DNA of 64,000 bases from an uncultured Acidimicrobiaceae bacterium (GTDB lineage Bacteria; Actinomycetota; Acidimicrobiia; Acidimicrobiales; Bog-793). Location of the stretch: assembly GCA_963823945.1 (NCBI GenBank), contig CAWGNK010000008.1:30469-94468 (forward strand), written 5' to 3'. The notes beneath the pieces were generated by a model, which saw only the letters and a list, made by a program, of their open reading frames with translations, was not told where the DNA came from and did no database searches. The translations under genes were made by a program, and so were the position numbers. Positions within the stretch are counted from its first letter, which is position 1. The number at the start of each line of letters is the position of its first letter. Positions 41,413-51,110 of the stretch are shown here, one piece after another.

Positions 41413-42657
41413 ATGAGATCGCACTTCCGCCTGTTCAGCTTTACCGTTGCGGTTACTGGGCTCGCTCTGACAGGTCTGGCTCTTTTCAGCTCTGTACCGA
41501 CATCGGCGCTCATTGCCTCGGTTGCACCGGCAGCGTCCGCGGGAGCCGCGAGCGGGTCAACTGTCTCGATGCTCGGTTTCTGGAACTCGCATGCGTACAT
41601 CACCGACTGGGGCCCAACCTTCCCGGCCGATAAGCCTCCGGGAGGTCCCTATCCCAATCCGACAACAATCACCTCGTATGACCCGGCGACGGGCGCCTTC
41701 TCAGGCATCGATGATGCTTGGGGCGTAGGGAGAGAGAACATAACGGGCACGCTTCACAAAGATGGCGCCGTGACATACACGATCGTTGACCCCGGCAATG
41801 TGCTACACGGCACGGGGACGGTGACCTTTGACGCTGAAACGACTACGGCGACCTGGAAAGGTACTTGGAGCAACTCGATCGGCGAACATGGCACGTCGTA
41901 TGGCACATGGAAAGGATTCCGGATCTCGGGGACAGTAAGGCTCGGTTGCAGCTTCTGCTCGGCGACCCCGGCCCTGCCCGTGGTGGGCGTTGACGTGGGC
42001 GTACATGGGAGCTACTCGCTCTCGAACACTCTCACGACGGACAGCGATGGGCGCTTCAAAGACGTCTTGCCGAGTGGCTCTTACTCGGTGACGCCCGACG
42101 TCGCGGGGTGGACCTTCACGCCCGCGTCGCGTGAGGTCACCTCCAACGGCACCGCAGTCCAAGCCGATTTCGACGGGTGCCCCGCGGCCGGGGGCACGTC
42201 TCTGGCCGGTATGTGGTCCATGATCACTGGCCCGCCGTCCACGACGCTGCAAGCCGGTTTCAAAAAGTGTTTCAACCACTTCGATGTCACCTACGACTCT
42301 TCAGAGAAGAGCATCCACCTTCACTGGGACGTGAAAGGCGTGACCTGCGAGGGTGGCCCCGGCGGCACAGTGGGCTTCCGGACGATCCCCCTGGAAAAGC
42401 CCCTTGAATACAACTGGGTCTTCCCAGCCCGCGTGATCAAGAACGGCAAGAAGAAGGTGGGCTGGGCGTACGGCGACTTCGCACCCGGCTACGGTTCCGG
42501 TGGTGGGGTCCAGGTGGCAGTCGAAATCAACCCCAAAGGGTCCTCCGGTACCGTGCGCATCTCCGACACAAAGACTTTGAAGGACATTCACCGGATAGAC
42601 AACACCGATTGGTGGTGCTGGCCCAAGAGCGAACAGATGACCCTGATACCCAAATAG
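41413..42657 (+). CDS. Secreted hypothetical protein with carboxypeptidase-regulatory-like beta-sandwich segment
   Basis: ATG at 41413 within ORF 41311..42657. Signal peptide MRSHFRLFSFTVAVTGLALTGLALFSSVPTSA. Segment ISGTVR...TDSDGRFKDVLPSGSYSVTP. Confidence 0.7.
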   Translation: MRSHFRLFSFTVAVTGLALTGLALFSSVPTSALIASVAPAASAGAASGSTVSMLGFWNSHAYITDWGPTFPADKPPGGPYPNPTTITSYDPATGAFSGIDDAWGVGRENITGTLHKDGAVTYTIVDPGNVLHGTGTVTFDAETTTATWKGTWSNSIGEHGTSYGTWKGFRISGTVRLGCSFCSATPALPVVGVDVGVHGSYSLSNTLTTDSDGRFKDVLPSGSYSVTPDVAGWTFTPASREVTSNGTAVQADFDGCPAAGGTSLAGMWSMITGPPSTTLQAGFKKCFNHFDVTYDSSEKSIHLHWDVKGVTCEGGPGGTVGFRTIPLEKPLEYNWVFPARVIKNGKKKVGWAYGDFAPGYGSGGGVQVAVEINPKGSSGTVRISDTKTLKDIHRIDNTDWWCWPKSEQMTLIPK

Positions 42658-42844
42658 GTGTGACGCCAGTCCGCGTGAACGTGTGACAGGGCACGCACAG
42701 GCCCTCCGATTTCGCCTTCCTCAATGTCACAGGTTGCCGGGGCATCCCACCGTCGCCGGGCTGGCCAGATGACAACGGTCGTCAGCCGGTGGATGATGGT
42801 CCCGTAGTGTCCTGCGGTCCGAGGTGGGGACGGAAGGAAGGAAC

Positions 42845-44077
42845 GTGGGCGCGACTCGTACAACTGCAGCGGCTGGGCCAGCATCCCTGTCGAGGTTGTG
42901 TCGCCACCCCCCGAAAATCGCGCCCTTGCTCGCGGGCGTCGTCGCTCTGGCCCTTGGTGCCGCCAGCTTGGCAGGACAGGCGACAGTTTCAGCCGCCGGC
43001 CAGTTGACTGCGACTCCGGTCTCCAAGGCAAACTGCTCGTCCACAAGGAATGGCAACGAGGCCGTCGTCGACCTCGAGAGCCACAAGTTGTTCGCCCGGC
43101 TCCGGACCTTATGCGTCGGCACGCTCTACGGCACTGGTGTCATCGAGGCCGGAGCGCTCTATGTCCTTCGAGATGTCGGTCCCTCCCAAGACTCCAGATT
43201 CGAGGTTGTCCGCATCGACCTCTCCACCTACGCCGTGACGCGGTCGGCCCCCATTGCTGGGGCTTCGTGGATATTCCCTGGTCTTGGCGACATCTGGGTG
43301 GCGACCAACTCAAGCACCCTGCAGTTGTCTCAGGTCTCGCTGCGGCTGCTGCACAGTTTCACTGACCTGGGAGAGGCGGGGGACTTCGTCCCGTTCGCCG
43401 GGCGCTTCTGGTTCTTGGACTCTTTCAACCATTCTGTGAAGACACTGAATTCCTTGAAGACACTGGACCCGACGGTCGGGCGAGTCTCGGTAGTGAGCCT
43501 GCCATGGCTTCCTACGGGCCTCAGTCCTGCCAGCATCGTGTCCTTCGGCGACGAGCTGTACCTCCTCCTCGGCTCGGTTCAGGGGACGAAGTTCGCTCCG
43601 ACGGCGATTGCGACCTACGACCCCGTGAGTGGCGCTCATCGGGTCGTGCGCCAACCCAAGTTCTCAGGCGAGTTAGGTCTTCTTGGCGTGACCGGAAGGG
43701 TCCTCTGGGTCGAGGCATATCGAGCCATGTTCAGCGAGGCGGTCAGCGCCTACTCCCCGCAAAGCCTCAGACCCCTGTCTGGCGGTTTTGTAAGTGGCTT
43801 CTTCTCGGGCGGGTCAGGGACTGCGGTGCCTGATGCGGGTGACCTGTGGTTCCAGCTCGCCGGCGGTCCCGTCGAGTGCGTCTCTGGCAGGACGGGGCGT
43901 CTCGATGCGAAGCTGCGCCTTCCATACCAGAACCTCACCAAGGCGACTCGACAGCCACAGGGGTTCGTGGCAGCCGACGCGTCCGACTTGATTGTTGCCG
44001 CGACCGAGACGCGCGGCCTAAACCCCTCGGAATCCGGCGTCGCCGTCTACAAGTTGGACCCAAGATGTCGCGCCTGA
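42845..44077 (+). CDS. Secreted hypothetical protein (possible beta-propeller-like repeats)
   Basis: GTG at 42845 follows GGAAGGAAGG. Signal/TM IAPLLAGVVALALGAASLAGQA. No catalytic motif recognised. Confidence 0.65.
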   Translation: MGATRTTAAAGPASLSRLCRHPPKIAPLLAGVVALALGAASLAGQATVSAAGQLTATPVSKANCSSTRNGNEAVVDLESHKLFARLRTLCVGTLYGTGVIEAGALYVLRDVGPSQDSRFEVVRIDLSTYAVTRSAPIAGASWIFPGLGDIWVATNSSTLQLSQVSLRLLHSFTDLGEAGDFVPFAGRFWFLDSFNHSVKTLNSLKTLDPTVGRVSVVSLPWLPTGLSPASIVSFGDELYLLLGSVQGTKFAPTAIATYDPVSGAHRVVRQPKFSGELGLLGVTGRVLWVEAYRAMFSEAVSAYSPQSLRPLSGGFVSGFFSGGSGTAVPDAGDLWFQLAGGPVECVSGRTGRLDAKLRLPYQNLTKATRQPQGFVAADASDLIVAATETRGLNPSESGVAVYKLDPRCRA

Positions 44078-44460
44078 GGAGCCACTAGAGGCTCATAGAG
44101 GCGCCCTCAGCGGGTCAATCCTGCCCGAGTTTGGCAGTAACGGTCACCGCTCGGACGCGATTTCAGTGCCGGGCGGAGATTCGCGACCTCCGCTCGCCGA
44201 TCCGAACCCTGACAGCTCACCCCCCATACCCTAGGCAGTAGACCACCACGCGCTGAAAGGGGAGGGTGGCGCAGCGCGGAACCGGGCCCTACCACTTACG
44301 CCATTCACTCACCAGCACCGCGCGTCTGAGCATCACTGGGGACTCCGTCCCCAGGCCCCGAAACCTTCCGACCAGCCGCCACGACGCGCAGAGACAGCCT
44401 CCGAATAAAGATCGAAGCCGGTCGTGGCTGAGGAACCCAGAAAGCTGATCTCAGACCTCA

Positions 44461-44985
44461 CTACCCTCGTGAAAACGCGACCAGAGCCGGTGGGTCCGTA
44501 AATCTGGCAGTCAGCGTCAACCCATTGGCGCTGAGCGCGAAGGTAATTGGCCGCGGATTGTCGATACAGCTCGGTACGTAAAATCCGTTATTGATCCCTG
44601 AATACCTGCCCTTGGCATGCTGCGTGATATTCGTCCACACCCGCTGGCCAACTTGATGTGTACATGGTCCGGTTTGCAAGAGAGAGTCGAAGGTCTTATA
44701 GGCGTGGGTTACGATTCCAATAAATCCATGTCCGTGTGCGCGTACATCAATTACCGCGCCGCCATATAATCCAATCCAGACACCGACAATGGGGTTTGTC
44801 TTCGAACTCTCCGGCGTCGCGTCCACGCCCGACATCTGAACGGTCCCCGAATACGCGTGAGGTGTGACCGGCAGCGCGCCCGTACGCGGTGATGCGGAAA
44901 GTGCCGTCGGAGCGCACACCCCCATCCCGACCAGGATCACGGTGCACCCCACGAGCACTAGTGCCATTGTTCGGACCTGTCTCAC
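44461..44985 (-). CDS. Secreted hypothetical protein (174 aa)
   Basis: GTG at 44985 follows GGAGGGGAGGGG. Signal peptide MALVLVGCTVILVGMGVCAPTALSA. Confidence 0.6.
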   Translation of the reverse strand: MRQVRTMALVLVGCTVILVGMGVCAPTALSASPRTGALPVTPHAYSGTVQMSGVDATPESSKTNPIVGVWIGLYGGAVIDVRAHGHGFIGIVTHAYKTFDSLLQTGPCTHQVGQRVWTNITQHAKGRYSGINNGFYVPSCIDNPRPITFALSANGLTLTARFTDPPALVAFSRG

Positions 44986-45207
44986 GACCCCTCCCCTCCT
45001 GGACCTTCTCGTACGATTCGGAGATACACCACGAACACCGGAGAGACGACGAAAGGAATCGGTAGCTCCCGCTGTCGCGCGCCGTAATGCCGTGCGGTGA
45101 TTCTATTCCAAGTCGAGCCACGGGTTATTGGCTATCGGCCGCGCGAACGGCAGTCAGAGTGCCCGAGAGTGCCCGATGGGCGACGACGCTAGATCATCCA
45201 CTCCCCC

Positions 45208-45307
45208 CTACGTCCATGGCCGTAGTCGCCAGTCGGAGATCGTGGACATCGGTTCTTCGACGCGAACCCCCGCGCCCACGAGGTGGCGACACCACGGATT
45301 TGTCGCC
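45208..45307 (-). repeat. Repeat family A, copy 3, with 13-codon sORF (45249..45208, MSTISDWRLRPWT*)
   Basis: The reverse complement reads GGCGACAAATCCGTGGTGTCGCCACCTCGTGGGCGCGGGGGTTCGCGTCGAAGAACCGATGTCCACGATCTCCGACTGGCGACTACGGCCATGGACGTAG. Confidence 0.75.
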
Positions 45308-45530
45308 GATGCGCGCAAAGGGAGGCAACACCAAGGGATCCAGTTCGCGGGCTCTTCCACCAGGGTCTCCGCGGCGATGACCGGTCCCCTCTAGGTTTCC
45401 CCTACGGGCGGCCTTTGGCCAGCCGTGACTGGTCTCGTTCAGTGGAGGATCGGGCACCGGGCCGAGCATCATGCAGTGGTCATCCAGCGTCGATGTTGGC
45501 GCCTACGTACCTCTTGGATAAGCGCCTTCT

Positions 45531-46403
45531 CTACACCACATGGCACATCACCTCGACCGACTTGATCACAGAGTGAACGCGCACGCGAACGCGATGCAAG
45601 GCACGGCACTCCCCCCCTATGAACGGGAAGCCGGTGACCTCGTACGTCCCCGCTGGAACGGCCGCGCGGTAGTAGCCCTTCGGCGTCGTCCCAAAGCGAA
45701 AGGCGCGACCCGTCGAGGCCAGCGTGAAGACGACCTTGCCCGGAAGACCTCGGGGCGAAAGTGACGGCGGTCCTCCGACCCGCTCGAGACGCCCCGTCAC
45801 GGTGCCGGTGCCGACCGTGAGCGTCACCGATACGGCTTTGGGAGCGGGGAGTCGAAGCGCCTCGCCGACGAGGACCGCCCGGTACTGGCCCGCGGGCAGT
45901 GGCGGCATCCGAAGGCCTGTCAGACACTTCGGCTCAGACTTCGTGGCGGCGTACATGCCACAGCCGCGATAGGTCGTGATGACCGTGACCGGCAGGCGGG
46001 TAACGCCCGACGGGATGACGAGTGGCCGAGTCACGCAATCGGCGAAGAAGGCCGCAACCGGTGGAAACCGTTTGTTGGTGAGCGTCACCGCGTAGCCGGG
46101 CGTGCATTTGAACGGTCCGCTGTGGTCCCAGAGCTTGAGCAGCTTCCCTCGATTGGTCACGACGACGAAACCTTTGATCGGCGAGCCCGCAACCACGTGG
46201 GTTCGCGAAAGGACGATCCGTGTCGACAGTTGCGGAGACGCGGGAAGGAGGCCGAGGCTCTGGTTCGGGACCGTCGTCACCGTGCCGACGAGCGGCTGGA
46301 GGGAGGATTGACCGCCCGCCGCGGGCCGGCAAAGCACTCCGGCCGATACTCCCGCCATGACGGCGACCACCGCGACGGCAACCGGGACAACCAAGCGCCT
46401 CAT
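45531..46403 (-). CDS. Secreted hypothetical protein (4-Cys domain plus beta-sandwich C-terminus)
   Basis: ATG at 46403 (MRRLVVPVAVAVVAVMAGVSAG) within ORF 45531..46439. Residues 63-196 align with the C-terminus of the 8052..9848 product. Confidence 0.65.
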   Translation of the reverse strand: MRRLVVPVAVAVVAVMAGVSAGVLCRPAAGGQSSLQPLVGTVTTVPNQSLGLLPASPQLSTRIVLSRTHVVAGSPIKGFVVVTNRGKLLKLWDHSGPFKCTPGYAVTLTNKRFPPVAAFFADCVTRPLVIPSGVTRLPVTVITTYRGCGMYAATKSEPKCLTGLRMPPLPAGQYRAVLVGEALRLPAPKAVSVTLTVGTGTVTGRLERVGGPPSLSPRGLPGKVVFTLASTGRAFRFGTTPKGYYRAAVPAGTYEVTGFPFIGGECRALHRVRVRVHSVIKSVEVMCHVV

Positions 46404-46745
46404 GTGCACACACCTGCTGACCGCTGCCAGTGAGTCCAACCTACGCCGTCCGAGGAGCCTCCGCTGTCAGCGGCCGACCGGAAGTCTCGAACGTCATCGT
46501 GGATCACTTTCCCCGAACATCCACCCGGAGTGCCGGCGAGGAGGTGCCCCCGGCCACGAGGTCGAAGTCAAGAGGCGAGTGCCGGGATGCGGCCTCGGCT
46601 CTGCGAGGCGATCCCCCATGGCCAGGTAGCCGCGTCATTGAGAACTTGCCGCGGAAGCGGGACGATAGTCCCTGGCCTCTATGACACTGTGTGCAGACAA
46701 TCGAGGCGTGAGGGTCCGTCAAGGCATTCGAGCGTGGGTTGGACG

Positions 46746-47762
46746 ATGATGGGCTGGACCGACCACCTCGACGGTGATCCCCTCCCTTGGTTGCTCGCCG
46801 AGGACACACCGGCTGTTCGCGCCGCGACGCTGCAACGCCTGTTGGACAGACCCGCTGACGACCCTGACGTTGTCGCGGCACGAGCCGCGGCGATGCGGGC
46901 CGAGCCGATCCGATCGATTCTCGAGGCACAGGATCCAGCGGGTTGGTGGGTCAAGCCGGGTGCTGGCTATTCCCCCAAGTACACGAGCACCGTGTGGGAG
47001 TTGATCTTTCTGGACCAGCTCGGCGCTGACGCCGCCGATCGCCGCATTCAACGCGCCTGCGACTACGTGCTCACCCATACCTCGACCGTCTCGGGTGGCT
47101 TCGGCGCCTCGGGCTCGAGCGATGTCAGGCCGCCGCCACCGTCACAGGTCATCCACTGCCTTCATGGCAACCTTGTGAGGGCGCTCGTCGGCTTTGGTCG
47201 CCTCGATGACGCTCGGTTGCGGGCCGCCGTGGACTGGGCAGCCCGCGCGATCACCGGCGAGGGCGTCGACCGCGACTACGCCTCACGCACGAGCGGCCCC
47301 GGCTTCGCGTGCGGTGCGAACGACGGGAGGCCGTGCGCCTGGGGTGCGGTGAAGGAGCTTCGCGGCCTCGCCCGGATACCGCCGCGCCGGCGCAGCCGCC
47401 TCGTCCGCGAAGCCATCGACCAAGGCGTTGCCTTCTTGCTGTCTCGCGATCCGGCCGTCGCGGACTACCCGACGCCCCTAGAAGACACGAAACCCGCCAG
47501 CGCCTGGTTCAGGCTCGGCTTCCCATCCGGCTACGTGACTGACGTGCTCCAGAACCTCGAGGTTCTCGCCGAACTCGGGCAGGCGAGAGATCCCCGGCTC
47601 CGGAACGCGCTGCAATGGGCCGAGGCTCAGCAGGAACACGGTCGGTGGCGCAACCGCTACGCCTACAACGGCAAGACGGTTGTCGACATCGAACGTCAGG
47701 GCCAACCCTCCAAGTGGGTCACCCTGCGGGCCTGCGCAGTCCTCCGAGCTGCCTGGCACTAG
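46746..47762 (+). CDS. Prenyltransferase/squalene-cyclase-repeat (alpha/alpha-toroid) family protein
   Basis: MMGWTDHLDGDPLPWLL... within ORF 46530..47762 (alternative GTG at 46734). QW-like repeats (EAQDPAGWW, SGGFG, AQQEHGRWRN). The fold assignment is from motif memory only. Confidence 0.6.
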   Translation: MMGWTDHLDGDPLPWLLAEDTPAVRAATLQRLLDRPADDPDVVAARAAAMRAEPIRSILEAQDPAGWWVKPGAGYSPKYTSTVWELIFLDQLGADAADRRIQRACDYVLTHTSTVSGGFGASGSSDVRPPPPSQVIHCLHGNLVRALVGFGRLDDARLRAAVDWAARAITGEGVDRDYASRTSGPGFACGANDGRPCAWGAVKELRGLARIPPRRRSRLVREAIDQGVAFLLSRDPAVADYPTPLEDTKPASAWFRLGFPSGYVTDVLQNLEVLAELGQARDPRLRNALQWAEAQQEHGRWRNRYAYNGKTVVDIERQGQPSKWVTLRACAVLRAAWH

Positions 47763-47919
47763 CCAGACCCGGGTGCGGCGCGATGCACCGCCGCTCGGAC
47801 GTGGGGCGCAGCCCAGATCGTGTCGCCGTCCGAAGATGGCGTTCGGCCGGATCTGCCGCGCCTCGGGGGCACCGCTGCGCAGATGCGACGCGGGTCGGAT
47901 TGGCGCGCCCGCGGGCCCG

Positions 47920-49077
47920 TCAGAAGCTCGACCCGCCGATCTCCAGCATCCGGTCGAGCGCGACCCGGGCGTCGGCCGCCGTCGCCTCGTCGACTGAGAC
48001 CCGGTTGCGCACCTCGCCCTCGACGAGGCCCTCGAGGACCCAGGCGAGATGGGGCGGGTCGATGCGGAACATCGTCGAGCACGGGCAGACGAGCGGGTCG
48101 AGCGAGACGATGGTGAGCTCGGGGTGCTCCTCGGCAAGCCGGTGGACGAGGTGGATCTCGGTCCCGACGCCGATCGCCGTGCCCGGGGCGGCGCGCTCGA
48201 CGTAGTGGATGATCGTGTCGGTCGAGCCGACCTTGTCGGCGAGCACCGCGACCTCGTGGTCGCACTCGGGGTGGACGACGACCTTGCCGTCCGGGTGTGC
48301 CGCCCGGAAGGCGGCGACCTGGTCCGGGGTGAAGCGCTGGTGCACCGAGCAGTGGCCCTTCCAGAGCAGGAACGTCGCCTCTTTCAGGTCGGATTCCGCG
48401 AGCCCGCCCGTCGCGAGGAACGGGTCCCAGACCCGCTCGTTCTTGGCCGCGAAGCCGAGGGCGCGGACGGTGTTGCGGCCGAGGTGCTGGTCGGGGAAGA
48501 AGAGGACCTTGCGTCCCGTGGCGATGACGTGCTCGGCGAGCTCGGATCCCGGGGCGGCGTCGTAGGGGACGCCGAGCGCCCAGCGCAAGGCGGTGTCGGC
48601 GTTCGCCGACGTGCACACCGTGCCGCGGTGGCGGCCGACGAAGGCCTTGAGGGCGGCAGACGAGTTCATGTAGGTGACGGGCACGACCGAGTCGAGGTCG
48701 ACGACCGCCCCGAGCTCGGACCAGGCGGTCTCCACGGCGTCGAGGTCGGCCATGTCCGCCATCGAGCAGCCGGCGTTGAGGTCCGGCAGCAGGACCTGCT
48801 GGCCGGGCGCCGTGAGGATGTCGGCCGCCTCGGCCATGAAGGTGACCCCGCAGAACACGACGAACTCGGCTTCGTGCTGGTCGGCGGCGAAGCGCGAGAG
48901 CCCGAAGGAGTCGCCGCGGGCGTCGGCCCAGCGAATCACCTCGTCGCGCTGGTAGTGGTGGCCGAGGATGACGACCCTGTCACCGAGGCTCGCGCGGGCC
49001 GCGCCGATCATGGCGACGAGCTCGTCCTCGCTTGCGTGGGTGTAGCGGTCCGGCAGCGGCGCCTGGAGGCGGAACAT
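47920..49077 (-). CDS. nadA: Quinolinate synthase
   Basis: ATG at 49077 (MFRLQAPLPDRY) within ORF 47920..49278. Blocks VILGHHYQRDEV, FCGVTFMAEAADIL, GCSMADMA, VTYMNSSAALKA, CPCSTM. Confidence 0.9.
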   Translation of the reverse strand: MFRLQAPLPDRYTHASEDELVAMIGAARASLGDRVVILGHHYQRDEVIRWADARGDSFGLSRFAADQHEAEFVVFCGVTFMAEAADILTAPGQQVLLPDLNAGCSMADMADLDAVETAWSELGAVVDLDSVVPVTYMNSSAALKAFVGRHRGTVCTSANADTALRWALGVPYDAAPGSELAEHVIATGRKVLFFPDQHLGRNTVRALGFAAKNERVWDPFLATGGLAESDLKEATFLLWKGHCSVHQRFTPDQVAAFRAAHPDGKVVVHPECDHEVAVLADKVGSTDTIIHYVERAAPGTAIGVGTEIHLVHRLAEEHPELTIVSLDPLVCPCSTMFRIDPPHLAWVLEGLVEGEVRNRVSVDEATAADARVALDRMLEIGGSSF

Positions 49078-49204
49078 AGGTCCTCGTCGTCTCTGTTGTC
49101 GCTCCGCTAGCGGCCGGCGGGGACAGCCTGGTCGCCCGTCCGCGGGTTTGTCGGCCACGAAGCTCTGTCCGCCGGGATACCAGGCCGGCGTAGCCTCCAG
49201 GTTA

Positions 49205-51106
49205 GTGCTCGAACGTCCCAGATCCGTCCCGGATGCGCCCGGCTCGTACCAGTTCAAGGACGCCGACGGACGCATCATCTACGTGGGCAAGGCCCGGTCG
49301 CTCAAACAGCGGCTCTCCAGCTACTTCGGCGATCCCTCGCAGCTGCACCCCCGCACCCAGCAGATGCTCGAAAGGGCGCGCTCGGTCGAGTGGATCCAGG
49401 TGCGCTCCGAGGTCGAGGCGATCATGCTCGAGTACAGCCTGATCAAGGAGCACCGGCCGCATTTCAACGTGCGGCTCGTCGACGACAAGAGCTACCCGTT
49501 CATCGCCGTCACGACCGACGAGACCTGGTCCCGCGTCTCGATCGTGCGTGGCACGAGACGCAAGGGCACGCGGTACTTCGGCCCGTACGCACAGTCCTAC
49601 GCGCTGCGCGACATGCTCGACATGCTCGTGCGGTCGTTCCCCGTCCGGACCTGCACGGACACCAAGTTCGCGCGCCACGAACGGCTTGGGCGGCCGTGCC
49701 TGCTCTTCCACATCGAGCGCTGCTCGGGCCCCTGCGTCGGGGAGGTGACACCGGCCGAGTACCGGCGGCTCGTCGAGGACCTCTCCCGGTTCCTCGACGG
49801 CGACACCAAGGCGGTCGTCGCCAGGCTCGAGGCGGGGATGCGCCGGGCCGCCGCGGCCGAGGAGTACGAAAAGGCGGCACGATTCCGCGACCAGCTCGAG
49901 TCGGCGCGTCTCGCCGGCGAGCACCAGGACGTCGTCGGAGCGGCCGACGAGGACTTCGACGTGATGGCGATCGCCGAGTCCGAGCTCGACGCCGCCGTGC
50001 AGGTCCTCCACGTCCGCCACGGGCGGGTCGTCGGCCGGCAGGGCTTCGTTCTGGAAAAGGTCGAGGACCTCGGACCCGCCGACCTCGTCGCCCGGGCGCT
50101 CGGCCAGCACTACGCCGAGACGCCGCTCGGCGTGCCGAGAGAGGTCCTCGTGCCGGCCATGCCCGCCGAGCACGACGCCTACGCCGAGTGGCTCAGCGGA
50201 CGGCGGGGCTCGGCGGTCGTGATCCATGTGCCCCGGCGGGGGCACAAGCGGGCCCTCATCGGCGTCGCCGAGCGCAACGCCGCCGAGCAGCTCGTCCGGC
50301 ACCGCACCCGGCGGTCGACCGACCTCGCGTCCCGGGCCCGGGCGCTCGAGGAGCTGCAGGGCCACCTCGGGCTGGCCGAGGCCCCCCTGCGCATCGAGTG
50401 CTACGACATGAGCCATCTCCAGGGGAGCGACTACGTGGGCTCGATGGTCGTGATGGAGGACGGCCTCGCCAAGCGCGGCGACTACCGCCGGTTCAAGGTG
50501 ACCGGCGTCGCCGGCAACGACGACTACGGGGCGATGGAGGAGGTGCTCACGAGGCGCCTGAGGCGGCTCACCGAGCCGGAGACGCCGGCGGCCGACGGGG
50601 AGGTGACGCGCCGCCGGCGCTTCGCCTACCCGCCGCAGCTGCTGCTGCTCGACGGTGGGAAGGGCCAGCTCAGCGTGGGGGTCCGGGTGCTCGGTGACCT
50701 CGGGCTCACCAACAAGGTGGCCGTCGCGGCGCTGGCGAAGCAGTTCGAGGAGGTGTTCGTGCCAGGAAGCCCCGACCCGGTGCGGATCCCGCGGGACTCC
50801 GACGCGATCTACCTGCTGCAGGAGATCCGCGACGAGGCCCACCGCTTCGCGATCTCGTACCACCGGGAGCTGCGGGCCCGCCGGATGCGCCCGGATCCCC
50901 TCGGGGGCGTGCCGGGCCTCGGCAGAGCGCGCCGGGCGCGTCTCCTCGGCGAGTTCGGCTCGCTGCGCGCGCTCCGGGCCGCGAGCGCCGAGGACCTGCT
51001 GGGCGTCACCTGGCTCCCGGACGACGTCGCCGGCGCCGTCCACGCCAAGCTCCACCCCGCCGCCCCCGGGTCCATCGGCGCGCCCCGGGCGCCGGCCCGC
51101 GGGTGA
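49205..51106 (+). CDS. uvrC: Excinuclease ABC subunit C
   Basis: GIY-YIG block PGSYQFKDADGRIIYVGKARSLKQRLSSYF, UVR motif EEYEKAARFRDQL, C-terminal HhH. The start is uncertain: GTG at 49205 or TTG at 49148. Confidence 0.92.
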   Translation: MLERPRSVPDAPGSYQFKDADGRIIYVGKARSLKQRLSSYFGDPSQLHPRTQQMLERARSVEWIQVRSEVEAIMLEYSLIKEHRPHFNVRLVDDKSYPFIAVTTDETWSRVSIVRGTRRKGTRYFGPYAQSYALRDMLDMLVRSFPVRTCTDTKFARHERLGRPCLLFHIERCSGPCVGEVTPAEYRRLVEDLSRFLDGDTKAVVARLEAGMRRAAAAEEYEKAARFRDQLESARLAGEHQDVVGAADEDFDVMAIAESELDAAVQVLHVRHGRVVGRQGFVLEKVEDLGPADLVARALGQHYAETPLGVPREVLVPAMPAEHDAYAEWLSGRRGSAVVIHVPRRGHKRALIGVAERNAAEQLVRHRTRRSTDLASRARALEELQGHLGLAEAPLRIECYDMSHLQGSDYVGSMVVMEDGLAKRGDYRRFKVTGVAGNDDYGAMEEVLTRRLRRLTEPETPAADGEVTRRRRFAYPPQLLLLDGGKGQLSVGVRVLGDLGLTNKVAVAALAKQFEEVFVPGSPDPVRIPRDSDAIYLLQEIRDEAHRFAISYHRELRARRMRPDPLGGVPGLGRARRARLLGEFGSLRALRAASAEDLLGVTWLPDDVAGAVHAKLHPAAPGSIGAPRAPARG

Positions 51107-51110
51107 CCCC

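Noticed and set aside
45155-45175. Tandem AGAGTGCCCG x2 in the 5' region of gene 44985..44461
   Set aside because: It is only two 10-bp units in a single occurrence, with no supporting context. It is noted as part of the family A copy 3 downstream region.
46746-47762. Possible LanC-like lanthipeptide cyclase (HCLHG and PCAWG motifs) with a nearby precursor
   Set aside because: As I recall LanC, the WCxG motif precedes CHG; here the order is reversed. QW-like repeats fit a prenyltransferase/cyclase toroid better, and no Cys/Ser/Thr-rich precursor ORF is nearby.
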